From the NCBI GenBank assembly GCA_963705505.1, contig CAVPJU010000003.1, positions 256,001-320,000 of the forward strand: a stretch of 64,000 nt of DNA. The letters run 5' to 3'. The notes beneath the pieces are model-generated. The model was given only the letters and a program-made list of their open reading frames with translations, had not been told where the DNA came from and made no database searches. This document shows, in pieces, positions 59,400-64,000 of this stretch (position 1 is the first letter of the stretch; every line of letters starts with the position of its first letter). The stretch is from an uncultured bacterium (GTDB lineage Bacteria > Desulfobacterota_D > UBA1144 > Nemesobacterales > UBA2774). A program made the translations under genes and the position numbers.

Positions 59400-59515
59400 T
59401 GTTAGCTAGTATTAAAGGAGGAGAAAGGATACAGGATTCGTATTCCGCGAATCCTTCTATTATACGTCTAACAAGTATAAAGTCATACATAACCTTCTGA
59501 AGCGGAGAAAATATT

Positions 59516-60289
59516 ATGAAAGCTGTCATACTTGCAGCTGGTAGAGGTAAAAGGCTTTACCCTTACACTAAGTACATTCCCAAATGTTTACTCGACATCG
59601 GCGGCGAGACTATACTCGAGCACCAGATCAATCATTTGCGCGACTGCGGAATAGACGAGGTTGTAATAGTAGTGGGATTCGGATTTGAAAAAGTTGAAAA
59701 TTTCCTTAGGAACTACGACGGATTGGGAATGAGGATCAAGACGCTCTATAATCCCTTTTATCAGACCACGAACAGCCTGATTTCTCTCTGGATCGCCAGA
59801 GGGGAAATGGATGACGATATAGTGGTCATGAACGGGGACGATGTGTTCGAGATAGAAGTCCTCGAGCAGGCACTCAGAATGAGGGATGAAAAAATCTGCC
59901 TCCCGATCAAACGGAAGGCGAGCTATGAAGACGAAGACATGAAGGTCGTAATAAAAGAGACCAAAATCGTCGACATCAGCAAGACCCTGACCAACAGGGC
60001 CTCAGCCGAGTCGGTCGGGGTAAGGGTTTTCAGAGACACGGGCGTGGAACTCATGAAAAGGGCGATAGAGGAAGAAATGAGGACCGTCGGGGCAGAGAAT
60101 AAATGGTATATCTCCGCTATTCACAGGCTTATCAAGAAGGGATATAAGGTCAAGTCCCTGGATATAAATGACCTCTTCTGGATGGACGTGGACTATCCGA
60201 GCGATTTGTTTAAAGCGAGATTCAATTCAAATAAATTTATCAAGAAATCTTATCAGGAGCGGGTCCTAAGGGTTGTAGAAACTAGTTGA
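59516..60289 (+). CDS. NTP transferase, phosphocholine/inositol-phosphate cytidylyltransferase family
   Basis: ILAAGRGKRL...PKCLL, NPFYQTTNSLISLW, NGDD, WMDVDYPSDL. Confidence 0.85.
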   Translation: MKAVILAAGRGKRLYPYTKYIPKCLLDIGGETILEHQINHLRDCGIDEVVIVVGFGFEKVENFLRNYDGLGMRIKTLYNPFYQTTNSLISLWIARGEMDDDIVVMNGDDVFEIEVLEQALRMRDEKICLPIKRKASYEDEDMKVVIKETKIVDISKTLTNRASAESVGVRVFRDTGVELMKRAIEEEMRTVGAENKWYISAIHRLIKKGYKVKSLDINDLFWMDVDYPSDLFKARFNSNKFIKKSYQERVLRVVETS

Positions 60290-60293
60290 TAAA

Positions 60294-61616
60294 ATGGACC
60301 ATGCAATAGTCGTTGCCGCTGGTACGGGTATAGAAGAAGAAAAGCTAAGCGTTCACGGAAAGACCGTATTCGGTTCACTTCCTCAAATCAAACGTCTTAT
60401 TATCACCGCTCAAAGAGCCGGCATTAAACACTTCACGATAATAACGGAAAGGGACGATTCTTCTCTAAAAGAGCTCTTATCAGGCGATAAACGTATAGAA
60501 AGCGATATAAACTGGCATTCGCTGGGCTCGGAGATTACACTCGATTCCAGACCTTCTCTTATTATTCAATCGAACCTGATTACCACACCCCGCGCACTTT
60601 CAAACTTTATGGAGACCGAATGCGGTCAGGATGAGATTGCAGTCCTGACGGACGCGTCGGACGACGCATGGATTAAATCGAGCGGCGGTAATGTCTCCGA
60701 AGTCTTCTCAAGCGGAGGGAGAGCAGTCGGTGCCTTTATAGCGGCAGGGAAGCTCCTCGAAAAGTCCATCATGGACTCGATGTCCATAAGATTGTTTATC
60801 CAGGAGCTCATCGGAAGAGACAAGGTCAAACTCTCCGGGTTCTCGGACAGTTACTGGATGAGACTCACTTCCGAAAGAGACTCGGCAGAAAAAGCCGAAA
60901 ACCTGATATTCGCTCATGTGGGGAAAACCGCGACAGGCTGGATCTCGAGGAACATCAACAGCAAAATCTCCTTGCCGACCAGCAGACTTCTGGTTAAAAC
61001 CCCTCTCACGCCTAACATGATAAGCATTCTTATAAATATCATCGGGATGTTCTGCGGCGTGTTCTATGCAATCGGGCACCCGGTAATAGGGGCGCTCTTC
61101 ATGCAGGCGGCGACTATACTCGACCGGTGTGACGGGGAGGTGGCGCGCGTAAAGCTGATGGAGACGCACAGAGGCCAATGGGTCGATACGATCTCCGACC
61201 AGGTGACCGCCCTTTCTTTTATATTGGGTGTCCCTATCGGGTATTATTATATTTCAAAGAATCCGATCGCAATTATAATGGGAGCCATCAATATATCCAT
61301 ATTTATTTTCTTTGTTATATGGTCATTCTACTTCCTCAAAAAATATACGAACTCCGGGAGCCTGGTAACTTATTTTGATGTCGATAAACTGGTTGACGGG
61401 CAGAAGCCCTCTATAATACGTAAATTCATCAAACTGGTCCGTCCGATGAGCAGAAGAAATTTTTATTCACTCGGGTTTCTGGTCGTGGCGATCATCGGAG
61501 GCTACCCCTGGGTGCTCGGATTCACCACTGCGGCACTGATATTCTTTCTAATTCACCAATTAGAAGATATAATAAAATTACGCAGAATAAACCCTGACAA
61601 CAGTATTTTAAAATAA
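60294..61616 (+). CDS. CDP-alcohol phosphotransferase with a degenerate N-terminal NTP-transferase-like domain
   Basis: Signature DRCDGEVARVKLMETHRGQWVDTISD; TPNMIS; C-terminal TM helices; the N-domain begins AIVVAAG but lacks the GxGxRL/PK motif. Confidence 0.85.
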   Translation: MDHAIVVAAGTGIEEEKLSVHGKTVFGSLPQIKRLIITAQRAGIKHFTIITERDDSSLKELLSGDKRIESDINWHSLGSEITLDSRPSLIIQSNLITTPRALSNFMETECGQDEIAVLTDASDDAWIKSSGGNVSEVFSSGGRAVGAFIAAGKLLEKSIMDSMSIRLFIQELIGRDKVKLSGFSDSYWMRLTSERDSAEKAENLIFAHVGKTATGWISRNINSKISLPTSRLLVKTPLTPNMISILINIIGMFCGVFYAIGHPVIGALFMQAATILDRCDGEVARVKLMETHRGQWVDTISDQVTALSFILGVPIGYYYISKNPIAIIMGAINISIFIFFVIWSFYFLKKYTNSGSLVTYFDVDKLVDGQKPSIIRKFIKLVRPMSRRNFYSLGFLVVAIIGGYPWVLGFTTAALIFFLIHQLEDIIKLRRINPDNSILK

Positions 61617-61639
61617 CGCCCCTCGGGAAGGATTTTGAC

Positions 61640-62437
61640 ATGGGAGAGACAAACCAAAAAAATACGGACAATACTGCAAAAAACGGAAACGGCAACGCCC
61701 CTCAGGCGGATTACGAAGTGAAGGAGTATATGCCGGGACTGATGACTTTGGTCATCAAGCTCGTAGAAAAAACGAACGTCATGTTCGCCAAATACGGGAA
61801 CCTTCCGATTTACGAAAAGAAGACCTTCCCTTGGGTTGCCGAGGTTGAAAAGGAATGGAAAAAAATAAGAGCGGAGCTCGATACCGTAATGGAAAGAAGG
61901 GAGGATCTCCCGAGTTTTCACGAAATTATGCCGGAAGTAAAAACCATTACGACCGATAACCTGTGGAAAACATTTTTCCTCGCCGGATACGGGCTCGAGA
62001 GCGATGAAAACGCGAAGAGATGCCCGGAAACGACCCGGATTCTGAAGAAGATCCCCGGAATGAAAACCGCATTTTATTCGATACTCGCCCCGAAGAAGCA
62101 CATCCCGGCGCACAGGGGGCCTTATAACGGGGTGCTTCGCTACCATCTCGGCCTCATAGTGCCTGAGCCCAAGGAACAATGCCGTATCCGGATCGAAGAT
62201 AAGATAACCCACTGGGACGAGGGCGACAGCATTATATTCGACGACACGTTCGAACACGAGGTCTGGAATGACACGAACGGTTTCAGAGCTGTTTTGTTTG
62301 TGGACTTCGTCCGTCCCGTCAGGTTCCCTTTTAACCTCTTTAATGAATTCCTCATCAATGCGGCGTCCTTTGCCCCGCTGATAAAAGAAGCGGAAGTAAG
62401 GCACAAAGATTGGGAAAAGAAATTTTATAAGCAATAA
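61640..62437 (+). CDS. Aspartyl/asparaginyl beta-hydroxylase family (LpxO-like) 2OG-Fe(II) dioxygenase
   Basis: WKTFFL.GYG, CPET, HIPAHRGPYNGVLRYHLGL, FDDTFEHEVWN, RAVLFVD. Confidence 0.88.
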   Translation: MGETNQKNTDNTAKNGNGNAPQADYEVKEYMPGLMTLVIKLVEKTNVMFAKYGNLPIYEKKTFPWVAEVEKEWKKIRAELDTVMERREDLPSFHEIMPEVKTITTDNLWKTFFLAGYGLESDENAKRCPETTRILKKIPGMKTAFYSILAPKKHIPAHRGPYNGVLRYHLGLIVPEPKEQCRIRIEDKITHWDEGDSIIFDDTFEHEVWNDTNGFRAVLFVDFVRPVRFPFNLFNEFLINAASFAPLIKEAEVRHKDWEKKFYKQ

Positions 62438-62953
62438 GCCCGCCACCGAGTACCCGAACCATTCTCTGAGCGTCGTATATTCACTTAATCATACGTGATC
62501 CGTGGGTTTATGCCTTCCTGGCGTATATACGAAACTTAATCATTCCGTCCCCCGCTCAAACCCCGCCCTATCCCCTCGCACACGGAAATGCAATTAATCA
62601 GAAAGCCCGAAGTCTTGCAATCGGAAAGGCTTCGAGGCGTGGATATCACGCCGAAGTATCGGTTGCAAGAGATATTTTTCATTATAAGAGCTGGTCCGGA
62701 CCCTGAATGCCTTTGACCGCGGGATTTATAGCCCCAGCTCGAGCGAGCATGGTAAAAAATTCACTCTTGACAAACCGATTAATGTACTTATCTTAATACA
62801 CCTTCGCTTCTTATTTTTTATCGGCGAACAGGTTTTTTTTATTGAACCGGATTTCTGAGAAATTTTAAGCAGTGACTGTAAATCGAACTCATTATAGAAA
62901 GGATTACAGGCGCTTAACTAATCTACTAATGAATAAGGAGACCCCTTATCACC

Positions 62954-63352
62954 ATGGCTAAAAAAGCAAAAAAGGCACCCCCTAAAAAGAAAGTAACGAA
63001 AAAACCGAAGAAGGATTGGCGGGACGATATTAAAAAGATGCTCCTTCTGATGCGCAAAGAGCTTCTCCACGAAGTAACACAGACGATGAGAGCCGAATCG
63101 GATCACCTGAAATTCGACATAGGCGATTTCTACGACCACGCCTCCACCGACAGGGACAGGGAGCTGGCTCTGATGCTCGCAGACAGAGAAAGGGAAAAGC
63201 TCACTCACGTCGACGACGCGTTAAAGAGGATAGAAGCCGGTACATACGGGATATGCGAGTCATGCGAAGAGGAAATCGACAAGGAGAGGCTGGCCGCCAT
63301 GCCCTTCACGAAACTATGTCTTTCATGCCAGGAAGACCTGGAAAGGCAGTAG
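62954..63352 (+). CDS. dksA: DksA/TraR family RNA polymerase-binding protein
   Basis: Coiled-coil tip DFYDHA (DxxDxA); zinc finger CESC...CLSC; AAGGAG RBS. Confidence 0.85.
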   Translation: MAKKAKKAPPKKKVTKKPKKDWRDDIKKMLLLMRKELLHEVTQTMRAESDHLKFDIGDFYDHASTDRDRELALMLADREREKLTHVDDALKRIEAGTYGICESCEEEIDKERLAAMPFTKLCLSCQEDLERQ

Positions 63353-63360
63353 TGTTTTCT

Positions 63361-64000
63361 CTATGATGACAACTTAGACAGATTAACTGTAAACGGTTTC
63401 CCGATTACACCCTTTTCAGTAATAATCGAGCTTATGTTCTCGTTCGGGGTAATATCGAACGCGGGATTAAACACATTCACGTCAGGCGCTATTTTTATGC
63501 CGGATATATGTGTGACTTCGAGAGAGCTTCTCTCTTCTATAGGTATCGATTCGCCGCCGGGGCAATCGAAATCAACGGTCGATACGGGAGCAGCTACATA
63601 AAAGGGGATGTTATGTAATTTGGCCAGAACGGATATGGTATACGTTCCTATCTTGTTGGCGACATCGCCGTTCCTAGCAATCCTGTCAGCTCCCAGGACC
63701 ACAGCATCCACCATCCCTTTACTCATTATGTAACCGACCATGCTGTCCGTAATTAAAGAAACCGGGATGCCGTCTCTGTCGAGCTCCCACGCCGTGAGCC
63801 TGGCACCCTGAAGGAAAGGCCTTGTTTCCGTGGCTATCACCTTTACTTTCTTCCCCTCCTCCACGGCGGCCCTTATGACCCCGAGAGCCGTCCCGTAGCC
63901 TCCGGTTGCAAGTGCGCCGGCGTTGCAGTGGGTAAGTATGACGGAGTTGTCCTTTATCAGCCCGGCCCCGGCTTTCCCGATTCTTTTGCATGTATTTATG
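63361..64000 (-). CDS. mtnA: S-methyl-5-thioribose-1-phosphate isomerase (5' end outside the window)
   Basis: [18 protein letters not shown] near 63880-63933, [42 protein letters not shown]. Confidence 0.93.
   Translation of the reverse strand, partial: INTCKRIGKAGAGLIKDNSVILTHCNAGALATGGYGTALGVIRAAVEEGKKVKVIATETRPFLQGARLTAWELDRDGIPVSLITDSMVGYIMSKGMVDAVVLGADRIARNGDVANKIGTYTISVLAKLHNIPFYVAAPVSTVDFDCPGGESIPIEERSSLEVTHISGIKIAPDVNVFNPAFDITPNENISSIITEKGVIGKPFTVNLSKLSS

Overview
Mostly core chromosome of a roughly 50% GC diderm bacterium. Gene content and order look deltaproteobacterial-type, possibly Candidatus Dadabacteria; this placement is an inference. The window holds about 52 CDS: smc, secA, folK/folD, thiD, tyrS, hpt, pepF, glcDEF, rplM-rpsI-ino1, queCE, methylmalonyl-CoA mutase subunits, sbcC, fbp, panBCD, dksA and partial mtnA. 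It also has RNase P RNA and three tRNAs (Ile2-CAT, Leu-TAA, Cys-GCA). No CRISPR array, integrase, transposase or prophage was seen. Main points of interest: (1) a DnaA-box cluster between the convergent folK and folD genes, with no dnaA in the window; (2) an NTP-transferase / CDP-alcohol phosphotransferase / 2OG-Fe(II) hydroxylase operon that, with ino1, suggests a polar-lipid or inositol-phosphodiester pathway; (3) two orphan type II secretion fragments, a GspC-like domain fused to a lytic transglycosylase and a stand-alone secretin N0 domain; (4) a 60-aa Asp/Glu-rich protein with periodic Trp; (5) a 1-kb integrase-less islet at tRNA-Leu with two att-like scars; (6) a pan-motif-like attenuator before panB; (7) a thermophile-type insert in SecA; (8) paired sigma54-like promoters on two paralogous receiver proteins. 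folK and tyrS each carry a 1-nt frameshift, probably a sequence error.
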